Below are positions 35,101 to 50,300 of a DNA stretch of 64,000 nt, one piece after another (position 1 is the stretch's first letter; each line of letters begins with the position of its first letter). Source of the DNA: Hemiscyllium ocellatum (taxonomy: Eukaryota); the NCBI RefSeq assembly GCF_020745735.1, contig NC_083409.1:14068760-14132759 (forward strand). Reading direction: 5' to 3'. The translations under genes and the position numbers were made by a program. The notes below the pieces were generated by a model, which saw only the letters and a list, made by a program, of their open reading frames with translations, ran no database searches and was not told the DNA's origin.

Positions 35101-38100
35101 AATCATAGAATCATAGGTTCCATACAGTGTGAAACAGGCCATTCAACCCCATGAGTCCACACCAACATTCTGAGGAGCATCCCATTCAGATGTATCCCTT
35201 TATCCCTGCATCTCCCATGGTTAATGCACCTAATCTACACATCCCTGAACACTATGGGTAATTTAGCATGACCAATCCATCTAGCTTGCACATCTTTAAA
35301 TTGTGGGAGGAAACCAAAGCACCTGTAGAAATCAGGTGAACGTGCAAACTCCACACAGACGGTCGCCCTAGAATGAATTAAACTCGGGATCCTGGCACTG
35401 AGAGGCAGCAGTGCTAACTACTAAGTCACAATACCACCATTGCTGTGTGTCTGGAGTCACATTTAAGGCTGGGTAAGGATGACAGATTTTCTCCTCTAAA
35501 GGTTATTAGTGAACTGAATGAGTATTCTCCACAATCAACAATGGATTAATATCACCAATAGCTTCTTAATTCCAGAACCATTCTTGAATTCAAATTCCAC
35601 TGTCTGCCATGGCAGGATTTGAACCCAGGTTCCCAGAACATTAGCTGAGTTTCTGGATTAATAGTCCAGCGATAATACCAATGGCCATTGTCTCCCCCTG
35701 TGTTAGCCTAGCTAATGGTGTCAAAATTGGCCTTCCCCCTGTTTTGACACTTAATTTCTGCTCTATCATTATCTCTTTACTTAACATAAGTAAAGGGTGA
35801 CACAGTGGCTCAGTGGTTAGCACTGCTGCTTCACAGCGCCAGGGTCCCAGGTTTTATTCTGGCCTTGGCCAACTGTCTGTGTGGAGTTTGCATGTTCTCC
35901 CCGTGTCTGCATAGGTTTTCTCTGGGTACTCCGGTCTCCTCCCACATTCCAAAGATGTGCAGGTCAGGTGAATAGCCCGTGTTAAATTGTCCATGGTTGT
36001 TAGGTGCATTAGTCAGACGAGGGTGGGTTACTCTTTGGAGGGTTGGTGTGGACTTGTTGGGCTGAAGGGCCTGTTTCCACACTGTAGGGAATCTAATCTA
36101 ATCTTAATGACTTTGAACCTGATAGAGTTATGGTCACTATCGCCAAAATGCTCCAAACCACGCTTGACCATTCTGCAGTGTATCCACATTAGTTTCCAAA
36201 AGCAATCCTTTTCCTCATTGACACAGGGAGCAAGTACCTCATTCCTGTTGGACAAGGAGCTGAGGCACCTGAAAGGCTAAATCCAGGCTGCATCGACCTG
36301 TTCACTTTTGGTCACACCCTCCTGTCCCTGACCACTGGCCATAATTTGAAGTATTTAACCTACAAGATGTAACTGTCTCCCCAAACACAGTGTCCAGGTA
36401 ACTCTCCCCCTCCCTGATGTGTCACAGTGTTTGAAGCTCAGATTCCAGCTCATCAACTCTGAGCTGGAGTGCCTTGAGCAACCAACACTTGCTGTAGATG
36501 TGGTCACTCTGAGCTACAATGGGCTCCACCAGCTTCCCCATCGCAATTACACGTCACCTGGCCCTGTATATAGAAATTGTTTGAGGCGGTTTTAATTTGT
36601 ATTTTTAAATTTCCTGTTGGTCTTTATTTTTTTAATCTGTAAAATATTTCTGTCAAGGAGACAGAGAAGGCTCCAGCACAGGAGGAGGCTGTTCAGCCCC
36701 TCGTGTCAGTGCTGGCTGTATATTAACCTCATTCACAATGAACATCTCCATTGAATGTCTGTTGTCAGGAATTGATTGAATCTGTTTTTAGAGACAGGAT
36801 GACTAACAAATGATTAACTAACATGAACTGTTCCGAGAGAGTCAGCATGGATTTACAAAGGTTCAAACATCTTTAACTAACCTGATTACACTTTGTTAGG
36901 AGCTCACTAATGTGGGATAGAAGGGAATGTTGATGGCTATTGTCCATAGGGAATTCCACAAGACATTTAAAAAGAGACATGGAATCAGATGGAATTTGAG
37001 AAATGCATTTATCTTGGGTCCAGAGCTAGGAGACAGAGAGGAGGGATAATGTGCACGTCCTCCAATGAGCAAGATGTGAATAGTGGTGTCCCCAGGGATC
37101 TGTGCTGGGACCTCAGCTTCACACAATATTTCTCAATGACTTGGATGAAGAAATAGAGAACCATATTTCCAAGATTGTTGATCACTCTGAGTGAGGTGGT
37201 TTGGAGGGTGAGATGGGGAGGGTGGAAGGAGGCGAGAGGTTTGAGAACAAGGATGAGAACTTGCAAATCAAGATGTTGCTGGACTGGGAGCCAATGTTGG
37301 TCAGTGAGCACAAGGGGAGGGAATGGGGGAATGGGACTTGGTGGGAGTTCGGATACTGGCAGCAGAGTTTGGGATGAGTTGATGTTTACCGAAGGTGGTG
37401 GCTGTGATGTGGGCCAGGATAACATTGGAATGGTCATGTTTGGAGTCCCCATCACATAGCTGAGATTTGCAGTGTCTGATCTTTGTGATGTGGAGGATGT
37501 GGAGATCAGATCAGCCTCAAAGATGAATCTAAGGTAGTAAAGAGTCTGGGAGCTGAAGGGGATGGCTTTGATCTTTTCAATGTGTTTCCCAGTGAGCCTG
37601 GCTTCTCAGTCCTGACTGCTCTTAGCTGCTGTGATTGTCACTGATTGGACACTTATTATTAGAGATTCTGACCACAGCAGAAAGCCCCAGTGCAAAAAAT
37701 AACTGCAAAGACTGTCAGATCGCAAGGTTGAAACTTCACCAAGAGAGGAAGTGAAAGAAGGAGCTCAGAGCAGCTGGACCTTTGTTACTGAGACGGGAGA
37801 AAACTGTGAACCATCTGCACTCCCTGGAATCTGACAGCACAAGAGGAGGCCATTCAGCCCATTGTGTCTGTGAGTGACCCAAGCAGTCCTACTACTCCTC
37901 TCTCTCCCCATAATCTAGCAAATCTTTCCTTTTCAGCTCGATCTTAATTGTCTCTTGTAGACCTGGGTAGACAGCGCAAGACTGCCCTTAATCTGGGTTC
38001 CAAATTGGTATCTCATTCATTCATTGGGAGACAAACTGCCTGGGCTGGGAAATGGAGCTCAGGATCCTGAACATTCCCTCTCCCCTCCTGAGGAACACTT

Positions 38101-41100
38101 CATTCGGTTTTGCATATTCACTCGTGGGAAGTGGGCTTCACCAGCTGTCCCAGCATTTTCTACCCTGTCCCTAGTTACCCTGGAGAAGGCAGTGGGAAGC
38201 TGCCTTCTTGAATCACTGTAGTCCACAAGCTGTAAGTTGACTCACAATGCTCTTCAGGAGGGAATGCTAGTATTTTAACCCAGCAAGGCTGAGGGATCAG
38301 CAACATATTTCCAAGTCAGGATGCTAAGCTTTTCCGAGGGGAAATTGCAGCTCATAGTGTTCCCATGTGTCTGCCGCTCCTGGTCTCCGAAATAGAAGTG
38401 GATGTGGGTTTGGAAGGAAACCAAAAGAAATGCGGATGCTGTGAATCCGAGATAAAGATCAAAATTGCTGGAAAAGCTCGGCAGGTCTGGCATCATCTGT
38501 GAAGAGAGATGCACAGGTCAAGCACGAAACATTAACTCTGATTTCTCTCCCCAGATGCTGGCAGTCCTACTGAGCTTTTCCTGCGATTTCTATGTTTGTC
38601 CATGGGTTTGGAAGGTGCTATCTGAGGACCTTTGGTGAGTTTCTGCAGTGCATTTTATCGATAATACACACTTCTGCTACTGAGCATCGGGAATGGTGAG
38701 AGTGGATGCTTTGAGAATATGATGCCAATCAAGCAGGTTGCTTGGCTCTGGATGGTATCAAGCTTTTCGATTGGATGAGAAAGACATAGACAGGAATAGA
38801 TTAGAGGGATACGGGCCAAATGCAGGCAAATGAGACTCGTTCACTTCAGAAACCCTGGTCAGCATGGAATAGTTTGGCTTAAGGGTTTGTTTCTCTGCCA
38901 TATGACTCTGTGACACTATCAGTCTATGAATGTTGTTGGAGCTGCACCTGTCCAGGCAAGTGGGGAGTATTTGCTCACACTCCTGACTTGGTTGACAGGC
39001 TTTGGGGGAATCAGGAGGTGAGTTACTCGATACAGTATTTCTAGCCTCTAACCTGCTCTTGTAACCACTATGCTTCTGTGGTGAGTCCAGTTGTATTTCT
39101 GGTCAATGGCATCTCAAGAATGTTGATAGTGGGGATTCAGTGATGGTAATAGCATTGACTGTCAAGGGACGATGGTTAGATTGTCTCTTATTGCTGATGG
39201 TCATTGGCTGGCATTTGCATGACACCGATAGGAAAGACTGCTCCTGAGATGAAACCTGGATATTGTCCAGATATTGTTGTATTTGAACATGGACTGCTTC
39301 AGTATCTGTGGAGTTGAGAATGGTGCTGAACATTGTGAAATCTTTGCCAATCATCCCCATTTATGAGCTTGACTTTAGTTGCAATATCTGTCCAAAGTCT
39401 GTCCTATTCAGTACGGTGATAGTACCACACAACACAATGGAGGGATTCTCAATGTGAAGGTCAAACTTTGTTTCTACAAGGACTGTGTGATGGTCACTCT
39501 TACCAATACTGTCAAGGATAGATGTACCTACAGCCACAAGATTGGTGAGGGTGGGGTCAAGCATCTTTTTCCAAATTTTTGGTTCCTTCACCACCAGCTG
39601 CAGAGCCAGTCCTCAGCTACGTCCATGAGGAACCAACCAGCTCGATCAGTAATGCTGCTGCCGAGCCACTCTCGGTGGTGGATATTGAAACCCCCCCACC
39701 CAGAGTACACTCTCTGCTGTCATCACCCTCAGTGCTTCCTCCAAATGTTGTTCAACATCCAGGAGAGACTGATTCATCAGCCGAGGGAGCAAGATATCTT
39801 GTAATCACCAGGAGGTTTCCTCGCCCATGTTTAACTTAGTTTCATGAGTCTTCACGGGGTCCAGAGCCAACTTTGAGACTTCCCAGGGTAACTCCCTCCT
39901 GGCTGTAGACCACTGTGTCATCAGCTCTACTGGGTCTGCCTTTCTGGTGGGACAGGACACATGCAGGGACAGTGATGGTAGTGTCTGGGGCATTGTCTGT
40001 ATGATTCTGTGAGTATGACTGTGTCAGGCTGTTGCTTGACTAGTCTGTAAGACAGCTCTCCTGAATTTGGCCCTAGCTCCCAGATGTCAGTAAGGAGGAT
40101 GGAGCAGGGTAGACAGGACTGTTTCTGTCATTGTCTTTTCTGTGTCTAGATCGATGCCTGTGGTCCGTCCGGTCTCATTTCTTTGTTGAAATATTGTCAT
40201 AATTGATACAACTGAGAGCTTTGCTCGGCCATTTCAGAGGGCAGTTAAGGGTCAACCACATTGCTGGGGTACAGTTCCATGGACCCTGCAGTACATTCTG
40301 TCCTCTCCCACTTCCCCATTGTTAATGTGGAAGGCTGGAGGTTGCCAGTAGGATATCCAACTGCAGGAGCTATCACAGCCCCCTGCACAATTTTGTCCCC
40401 ACATTAAATCCACACAAATCTTGAAGTCACATAGCACCTTCAATGTTCAAAACGGTCCGAGATGGTTCACAAAGTTGCAGTAAGAGGAATGGGGGAGGGG
40501 GTGGAGGAACATAAGAACTAGGAGCAGGAGCAGGCAATTCAGCCCCTCGAGCCCACTCCACCATTTAATACAATCATGGCTGATCCCATCTCAGACTCAA
40601 CTCCACATTCCTGCCCACTCTCCATCATCCTTTAACCCATTACCCATTAAATATCTGTCCATCTCCTCCTTGGTGTGAGACAGGGAAGGGACCACTCCAT
40701 TTCAGAAAAGACTGACTGTGGAAGGGGAAGGAGAGGGGAAGGGATTGGAACATGTTGTGAATGGACAGGATGGGTCAGTAGGTCAGAGCCTGTCCTGTCC
40801 CTCCAGCTCACACTGATGGCCTGAGGATCTCCTCTCTCTGCTGGGCCTTCATGGAATGAGGTTTGTGTCCAAACCAGTCCCCAGTGAGAACAGGCCAACA
40901 GAACAGAACAGCACAGAACTGCCCTTCATTTCACAAGAATCGTCCATCTTCCCGAGACAGACCAAACCCTGGTCATTGTGGGAAATGGGGCTTTATTCCA
41001 GGAGAAGACAGGGGTCAAGGGGTAACATCCATTTGTGGGGCAGAGCAGAGGGAGATTTATCCTGCATTTAACTGTCACCACCCAGGACACTGTCAGAAAG

Positions 41101-42680
41101 AGAGAGAAGCGAGACAGAGAGAGAGATAGAATGAGAGTGTCTGGGTTTGTGTTTGAGTGAGAGAGAGAGGGAGGGAGGAACATCTGAGACAGTGTGAGAT
41201 ATGTGATGAAACCAAAAGAGAGGTAAAGGGAGGTCGTAATGGTGAAGTTGAGGGATAAAGAGAGAGAAACAAGATGTGAGACAGTGTGACTGATAGGGAT
41301 GGAGAGAGACAAAGAGATAAGGTGAGAGAGAGAGGGACAGGATGGGTGTGAGACTAAGCATGAAGAGAATTGACAGAGAGGGTAGGGTGGAGTGTGTGTG
41401 TGAGAGAGAGAGAGAGAGATGAGTATGGGTAGGTACAGAATGATAGAGAGGGAGGGAGAGCGACTGTAGATTGGGATGTAGAGAGGGAGGGAGAGAGACA
41501 GAGGGAGGAATATAGAGGGAAAGATAACAGTTGGAGGCTTTTAATTGAAGTGAGAGAGGGAGCGAGTGACAGAGACAGAGAGATGGAGAAACAGAGATTA
41601 TGAAATGGAGTGAGCAATCATCAGTGAGTTGGAGGGAGTGACTATGAGACAAGAGTGTGAGAAAGAGAGAGAGAAAACATGAGCGATTAACAGTGGGGGA
41701 GAGAGTGGTGGAGAGAAAGATGTGGCAGATGTGAGACAGAGAGAGAGGGACATGTCCTGGTCACCACATTCTCGGAAGGATGTGATTGTACCTGAGAGGG
41801 TACAGGGGAGATTTCCCAGGATGCTGACTGAATCTGAGCTTTGAGAAAAGATTGGAAAGGTTGGGGTTGTTTTCCTTGGAGCAGTGACGGCTGAGATGGG
41901 ACCTGATAGAGAGGGATAAGAATATTCGGAGCAGTGATAGGGTGGGTAGGAAGACACTTTTTGCATGAGACAAGGACTCAGTAACCTGGGACAGAGATTG
42001 TAGGTAACACAGACATGGACACATAGAAACTGCTGCAGGAGTTGGCCATTCAGCCCTTTGAGCCTGTTCTGTCATTCAGTATGATCATGGCTGATCCTCT
42101 ATCTCAAAGCCATATTCGTGCTTTCTCCCTATTCCCTTCATGCTGTTAAAATGCAAACAATTATCTCTCTCTTTTTCTTGAATATATTCAGTTCCTTATC
42201 CTCCACAGCCTTCAGTGAAGAGAATTCCACAGGTTGACCACCCTCTGAGTGAAGAAATGTTTCCTCATCTCAGTCCAAAAATGGACTACCCTGTATCCCC
42301 CTGAGACTGTGTCCCCTGGTTCCAGACTTCCCAACCAGGGGAAACCTCGTCCCTGCCCAGCCCTGTTAGAATTTTATACATCCATCTGAATTCGAGTGAG
42401 TCCAAGCCCAGTCGAGTTCGAGAGAGAGAGGAGAATTGAGGAGAAATGTTTTCAACCAGAGGGTGGTGGGAGTCTGGAACTCACTGCCTGAAAGGCTGGT
42501 TGAGTCACAAACTCTCGTGACAGTGGAGCAGTGATTAGATATTCCCTTGTGTTGCTGCAGACTCCAGGATAATGGACCAAGAGCTGGAGGATGAGATTAG
42601 TGTCATCAGATCTTTCTTTAACAGCACAGATACAATGGGCCAAATGGCCTCATTCAGTGCTGTTCACATCAATGATTCTC

Positions 42681-42708
<28 letters not shown>

Positions 42709-42714
<6 letters not shown>

Positions 42715-42807
42715 AAGTGTGAGGGACTGACATGGCCCTCCCTGCCTGATGCCATTTACATACTGAGGAACACCCAGTCAGACTCTCACAGGCTGCAGCT
42801 TTATAAA
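42709..42807 (+). promoter_or_regulatory. Ig kappa V promoter B: AAGAGGAAGTG PU box, ATTTACAT 42754-42761, TTATAAA 42801-42807
   Basis: Same as copy A. Confidence 0.75.
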
Positions 42808-42867
42808 GCAGAGCCCAGTGAAGGGAGAGTTTATTAGGAACCAGGCACAGGGACAGGAGCACACACC

Positions 42868-42916
42868 ATGATTTCACACATCCAGCTGATCTGGCCCCTG
42901 GCATTCTGTGTCGCAG
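42868..42916 (+). CDS. IGKV: Ig kappa leader exon B
   Basis: Identical to copy A. Confidence 0.92.
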
Positions 42917-43102
42917 GTACAAATCTCTCTCCTTCCACCTTGAATCTTTAGCTGCTCTCCATTTCACTCCAATTCCACTGACTTGTGATTGAAGGGAAAA
43001 TGCTGAAACCAGAGGAATGCTCAGTGTCTCCAACAATCTCTCATTTGACAGGCTCTTTCTGTGACAGTTCTGACTTCACTGTGTTTCTCTCTGATCCCTC
43101 AG

Positions 43103-43399
43103 GTATCAGTGGGGACATCACCATGACCCAGTCTCCTCCGGTGCTGTCAGTGGGACGGGGCCAGACCGCAACACTCACCTGTACGGCCAGTCAAAGCATT
43201 AGCAGCTCCCTTGATTGGTACCAACAACGAGAAGGTCAGAAGCCCTCTCTCCTGATCTATTATGCAACAAATCGATTCACAGGAGTCTCCGATCGATTCA
43301 CCGGCAGTGGATCAGGGACCAGTTTTACCCTGAAAATCAGCAACGTTCAGAATGAGGATGTCGCTGACTATTACTGTATGCAGCATAGCAGCTGGCCTT
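43103..43399 (+). CDS. IGKV: Ig kappa V exon B, germline unrearranged
   Basis: Protein identical to copy A. Confidence 0.97.
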
Positions 43400-43427
43400 C
43401 ACAGTGATACAGAGCCATACAAAAACC
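43400..43427 (+). other. 12-RSS of V (B)
   Basis: CACAGTG-12-ACAAAAACC. Confidence 0.98.
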
Positions 43428-43863
43428 TCAACACACACAGCACCAACTCCTGCACTGATACATCCCAGAGTTATATAAAATGAATAATATTGGACACATA
43501 CAGTCCCACCATCTGAACTGACATATCCGACAGTTAGATGTAAATGAAACTGAGCAAATTACCCCATGCTGGGATTGTCACTGTCCACGACACACTCCAG
43601 TCCCTGTGGTGTCCACCGCTCACTGAAGGCCTCAAGTTTCACTCTTACACTTCGTGGCCGCGTGTGAAGAACAGCTGCAAGATTTAACATCGAATTTCAC
43701 AACTCTCCCAAGCCCAGCTGCACACAACCCAGAGAGAAAGAGAGACAGAGACAGAGAAACAAAGACACATGAATGAGGGAGAGACAGAGAGGGGCAGAAA
43801 GAGGGTGAGAGTGAACGAGAGACTGGGAGAGGTTGAGAGTGATGGGGGGAAGCAGAGAGCAGA

Positions 43864-43902
43864 GGTTTTTGTACAGCCTCTGCACTGGGAGCTCTCACTG
43901 TG
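43864..43902 (-). other. 23-RSS of J (B)
   Basis: GGTTTTTGT-23-CACTGTG. Confidence 0.98.
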
Positions 43903-43937
43903 GCTTACGTTCGGTAAAGGAACCAAGCTCAGACTGA
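43903..43937 (+). CDS. IGKJ: Ig kappa J segment B
   Basis: LTFGKGTKLRL, donor A|GTAAGT. Confidence 0.97.
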
Positions 43938-44309
43938 GTAAGTAAACCTCAATCCAATGTTAGTAACCCTGTCAATACTGAAACACACTTTCTAAAACAC
44001 AAATGCTGAATTGTTGACGGTGTTAGTAGGGAGCTGCAGTGAATGAAATGGTTGATTGAAGAGCACTGTGTCTAACAGCGTATCCACCTGTATTTCTTTA
44101 GTTCCATTGCCCCCTTTAAAAGCAAGATATAAGTCAGTAAGTTTTACTCACCGTGTGGAGGAGCTCTGTCCATTTGCAGCCTGTGGTCCCATTCCTGCAG
44201 CATGGAGTGAAATCAGTGAGTAGCCTCCTGCCAGTCTCAGTGTGACGGACACGGGTAGAGTTTGATGTGAGCTCTGGCTCCCTGTCCCAGTCTCTGATCT
44301 CACTGACCT

Positions 44310-44353
<44 letters not shown>

Positions 44354-47300
44354 CAGTGAGACACCGAGCTCCCACCTCCCCCAGCTTTAACTCTGCTCAA
44401 TCACACAATCAGAGAATTGTTACAGTGCACAAGGAGGCCATTCTGTCCATCCTGTCTGTACTGGCTCTCCGAATGAGCAATTCACTGAGTGTCATTCTGC
44501 TGCCTTCTCCCTGTCACCTGCACATTGTTCCTTTTTGAATAATAGTCTCATTCCTTTTGGAATGTTTCAATTGAAGCTGCCTCCACCACACTCTCAGGCA
44601 GTGCATTCCACACCTTAACCAAACACTACCTGAAAATGTTGTTCCCTATCTCACTTTTGTTACTTTTCCCAATTATTTTCAATCCATGGCCTCTCCCTCT
44701 CAATTATTTCTCAGTTGGGAACATTTTCTCCCTATTTACTGTGTCCAGGCCCCTCCTGGTTTTAATTCCTCGAACAAATCTCCTCTCAGCCTTCTCCAAA
44801 GAAGACAGTCCCAAATTCTCCAATCTCTCTTCATAACTGATGTTCCTCATCCCTGAAATGATCTTTGGGAATTTCTTTTGCCATTTCTACAAAACGTCAC
44901 CTCCTTCCTGATTTATTCACATTTTCTATGACCCTCATGATTTTATAAACCTCTATAAGGTTTATAAGTCACTCCTCAGACTCTTACGCATCAGAGTAAA
45001 AAGTCTCAGCTTTTCCAGCGTCTTATAGTCATGGAGTCATACAGCGTGGAAACAGACCTTTCAGTCCAACTTGTCCGTGGTAACCAGATATCCTAAATGA
45101 CCTCATCCTATTAACCAGCATTCGGCTTACATCCCTCAAAACCCTTCCTATCCGTGTACCCAACCCAATGTGTTTTAAATGCTGTAATTGTATCTGCCTC
45201 CAACACTTTCTCTGGCAACTCGATCCATACACATACCACCCTCTGTGTGACAAGTTACCGCTCAGATCCCTTTTGAATCTTTTGCCTCTCGCCTTAAACC
45301 TATGCCCTCTTGTTTTGGACTCCCTTTCCAAAGGAAAAGACCTTGGATATGCAACCTGTCCATGCCCCTCATGGTTTTATACACATCTATAAGGCCATCC
45401 CTCAGCCTTGAATGCTGCAGGAAAAATAGCCACAGTTTCATCAGCCTTTCCCCGTAGCTCAAACCCTCAAATTCCAGGCCATGTCCTTGTAAATATTTCC
45501 TGCAGCTTTTTAAGTTTAACAACATCCTTCCTATCGCAGAATGATCAGAATTGTTCACATCATTCCCAAAGTGGCCTCACCAATCTCCTGTACAGCTGCA
45601 CCATGATGTCCCAACTCCTGTACTCAATGCAGTGACCAATAAAGGCAAGCGTACCCAACACCTTCTTCATCACCCTGTCTACCTGTGACCCCACTTTCAA
45701 GGAATAATCCACCTGCATCTTCACCCCTAGGTTTCTTTGTTCAGCAACACTCCACAGGGCCCTCCCATTAACTGTATAACTCCTGCCTTGGTTTGCCTTT
45801 CCAAAATGTAACATCTCGCATTTAACTAAACAGAACTCCATTTGCTACACCTCTGCCCATTGCCCCATCTGATCAAGATCCCGCTGTACCCTGAGATGAA
45901 TTACTTCACTATCCACTATCACGCCAATTTTGATGTCATCTACAAACTTACTGTAACTCCTATATTCACATCCAAATCATTTCTTTAAAAGACAAAAGCA
46001 GTGAACCCAGCACCAATGCTTGTGGCACACAGCTATTCACAGATTTCCAGTCTGAAAAACAACCCTTTACCAACACTCTCTGTCTCCTATCTTCAATCCA
46101 ATTTTTTTACCCCAATGGCTCACTCCCACTGGATCCCATGTGGTCTAACCTTGCGAACCAGTCTATCATGTGGAACTTTGTCAAACACTTTGCTAAAGTC
46201 CATATAGACAATGTTTACTGCTCTGTCTTCATCAATCTTCTTTGTCACTTCCTCAATCAAATTCAGGAGACATGATTTTCTATGCATAAAACCACATTGA
46301 TTATCCAAAGAACGTAAATCCTAACCCACAGAATCCACTCCAACATCTTACCCAGCACTGACATCAGGCTCACTGGTTTATAGTTCCCTGGCTTTTCCTT
46401 ACAGTCTTTCTCAAATAATGGCATAACATTATTCCCGCCTTAGGCAACCGACTGTGTGGAGTTTGCACATTCTCCCGGAGTCTGCTTGGGTTTCCTCCGG
46501 GTGCCCTGGTTTCCTCCCACAGTCAAAAAATGTGCAGGTTAGGTGAATTGGCCATGCTAAATTGCCCGTAGTGTTAGGTGCAGGGGTAAATGTAGGGGAA
46601 TGGGTCTGGGAGGGTGTGCTTTGGGGGGTCGGTGTGGACTTGTTGGGCCAAAGGGCCTGTTTCCACACTGTAAGTAATCTAATCTAATCTAATCTAATCT
46701 AATTAGCCAACCTCTCTGGTTCTCTAGCACCTTACCCATGGTTGTCAGTAATACACATATCTCAGCAAGGGGCCCAGCAATCTCTTCCCTAGTTTCCCAC
46801 ACTGTTCTGGGATACACATGATCAGGTCCTAGGGTTAATCTACCTTTATGTGTTTTAAGATCTTTTGCATCTCCTCATTTGTGTGTGGTCTCTTTTCAAG
46901 TCATCACTATTTTTACAAATTCCCTAGCTTTCTCCATAACAAATACTGACCTGAAATATTTGTTTGGGATCTCACCCACGTCTTGTGTCTTACCCAAATA
47001 TAGCACTCACATTTATCTGAATTAAACTCCATCTGCCATTCCTCAGCCCACTGGCCCAGTTGGTCAAGATTCCATTGTATTCTTAGACAGCCTTCTTCGC
47101 TGCCACTAATTAGATTAGATTCTCTACAGTGTGGAAACAGGTCCTTCGGCCCAACAAGTCCACACCGATCCTCCGAAGAGTAACCCACCCGGACCTATTT
47201 CCCTCTCTGTAAATCATCTAACACTATGGACAATTTAGCATGGACAATTCACCTGACCTGCACATCTTTGGACCATGGGAGGAAACCAGAGCACTCGGAG

Positions 47301-50300
47301 GAAACCCACGCAGACATAGGGAGAATGTGCAAACTCCACTCACCCAAGGCTGGAATTGAACCTGGGACCCTGGTACTGTGAGGCTGCAGTGCTAACCACT
47401 GAGCCACCGTGCTGCCCCACCGGAACCATCACAAAGCCACCGATGCCTCCTGAAAATTCACCTGAACACACTCTCGCAACTCTGGCCCCTCTCTGCCCAT
47501 TACACTGCTGCTACCCCAAACTATATTCAGAAACTAAAGACCCCTATTCTCAACATTCTCATCAGGATTCTGAACTGAATCCTGGTTGGAGAGTGGGATG
47601 CACTCAGGGGACTTTTGGACTGTCTGCTGCTTCCCCATTCCCTCTCTCCCTGCATATTCTGAAGCTGCAGAGTGACCACATCTAGAAACGTGCTCTCCAC
47701 GGAGCTCTCAGCCTCACGGACGTTCCTCACTGACACCAACTGCTGCTCAAGCTCCGAAACCCGGAGTTCCAACTGCTGTCACTGACCTCACTTCTTGTAC
47801 TCATGGTATTCCAGGACCGGGGAAACATTCTGAAGTTCCCACATGGATGCACACTCTTTCCACTCTTGGATTATCTCTTTGCAGAGTTCTGATGACAAAC
47901 AGCTACAGCAGGGCTCACAGTCCAGTGGGTTCAGTGTTCCGGGGTTTTGGGGAAATTCTCCAGAAGACTTTAAGTAATAGGCGCAGAAATCAGCCATTCA
48001 GCCTATGGAATCTGCTCTGCCATTTGACCTTGGCAGATATGCTTCTCACCCCCATTCTCCTGCCTACTCCACAGGAACATTCTATCCCCTTTACAAACAT
48101 GAACCTATCTATCTCTGTCTTTAATACACTCAGTGACTTGGCCTCCCTACCCTCTGTAACAATGAGTTCCACAGATTCACCACCCTCTGGCTGAAGAAAT
48201 TCCTCCTCATTTCAGCTCGAAAGGGTCGGCCCTTCATTCTGAGGCTGTGCCTTGGTTACCTCGTCTCTCCTGTTTTTGGAAACATCTTCTCCACATCCAC
48301 TCTATCCAGGCCTATCAGTATTCTGTAAATTTCAATAAGGTCCCTCCTCATGCTTCTAAACTCCATTGAGTACAGACCCAGAGTCCTCAACAATGCCTCA
48401 TATGACAAACCCTTCATCCCCAGGATCATTCTTGTAAACCCCTCCAATGCCAGCACATTGTTTCTTACAATATGGATCCTAAATCTGCTCACAATATTCC
48501 AAATTCAGTCTGACCAGAGCCTTACACAGCCTCAGCAGTACATCTCTGCCCTTGTATTCTGGCACTATTGAAATGAATGCAAACATTTCATTTTCCTTCC
48601 CAAGCACAAACTGCATCTGCCTGTTAACCTTAAGAGAAACCTGAATAAGGTTTGTGCTTTAGATCTCCAAAGGCGTTCCTTATTTAGAAAATACCTCCAC
48701 ACCCTGACTCCATTGGTGATGATCTTTCAGGAATCAATGTCCCCACAATCTCCTCGGTGATCTCCTTAAGAACACACTGGTGTAATTCATCCAGTCTGGG
48801 TGAGTTATCCACACTCAGACCTTCCAGCTTCCCCAGTACCTCCTCCTTAGTGATGGCCACTACACTCACCTCTGACCCCTGACAGTCTTGAAGTACTGGG
48901 ACACTGCTGATGTTTTCCATTGTGCAGACTGATGTCATGTATGTATTCAATTCCTCGGCTTTTTCTTCATTTTCCTATTATTCTTTTTCCAATGTCTATT
49001 TCTGCCTCCCTCTTCCTTTTTATATATCTGATGAAACTCTTGCGATCTTCTTTTATATTACTGGTTCGCTTTCTCCCACATTTCACCTTCTGTCCCCTGA
49101 ATGTTTTTTTTTAGTTATCCTCTACAAGTTTTTAAAGACTTCCTAATCCTCTGGCTTCCCACTATTTTCCACCACATTGTATGCATTTTCCTTTTGTTTT
49201 TATGCTGTTCTTGACCTCCCTCATCAGCCATGGTTGCCTTGTCCACCCCTTAGTCTGTGCCTTCTTTTTCAGGATGAATTCCTGCTCTGCTTCCTGAATT
49301 ACCCCCAGAAGCCCTGCTATTTGCTGCCCCACCATCTTACCTGCTCGGCTCCCTTTCCAATCAACTCTGGCCAGCTCCTTCCTCATGTCTTTGTCGTTCC
49401 CTTTACTCAATTGAAATCTTGTTCCATCTGATTGCAGCTTCTCCCTCTCAAACTGCAGGGGGAATTCTATCGTATTATGGTCACTTATCCAGAGGGATAC
49501 TTTCATTTTCAGCTCACTAACCAAGTTTGCCTCATTACCCATCACTGAATCCAAAACTGCCTGTTCCAAATGATCAACCACAAGCTGTTTCAAAAACCAT
49601 CTCATAGACATTCCATGAAATCCTTTTGTTGAGATGCTCTACCCAGTCCACCTATCCATTGAAGTCTGCATAACATTTTGTATTTGGCTTTTCTGTCTCC
49701 AGTTCCAAACTTCCAGCTCAGCACTGTCTCCATAACTTGTCCTACCTGCCTATCTTCTTTTGCACCTATCCACTCCACCCTCCCACCCCCTATTGTACTT
49801 AACTATTGTCCTCTATGCTACTTTGTCCGCAGCCCCACCCTCCTCTCATTTTTCTCTCCACCCTTCAGGCTGTCTGCCTTTATTCCTGATGAAGGGCTTT
49901 TACCTGAAATGTTGATTTTCCTGCTCCTCGGATGCTACCTCAACTGCTGTACCAATCCAGCACCACTCTAATCTAGAATCTGGTTTCCAGCATCTGCAGT
50001 CATTGTTTTTACCCTTTTCTGTCTCCTGATTGATTTTCTTCCCCACACCCTGGTTACTGCTTGGAGACCTGAACATAACTTACATCAGATTCTTTATTTC
50101 TTGGGTTCCTCAACTCTGCCCACACAGATTCTACACCTTCTGACTGTATCATTTCTTGCTATTGATTTAAAGTCATTTCTTACTAACAAGCCAACTCTTC
50201 CCCCCTGCCCATCTCCCTGTCCTTTTGATGGAAATGTATCCTTGGATATTTAGTTCCCAGCCCGGATCCCCTTACAGCCATGTCTCTGTGATACCCACAA

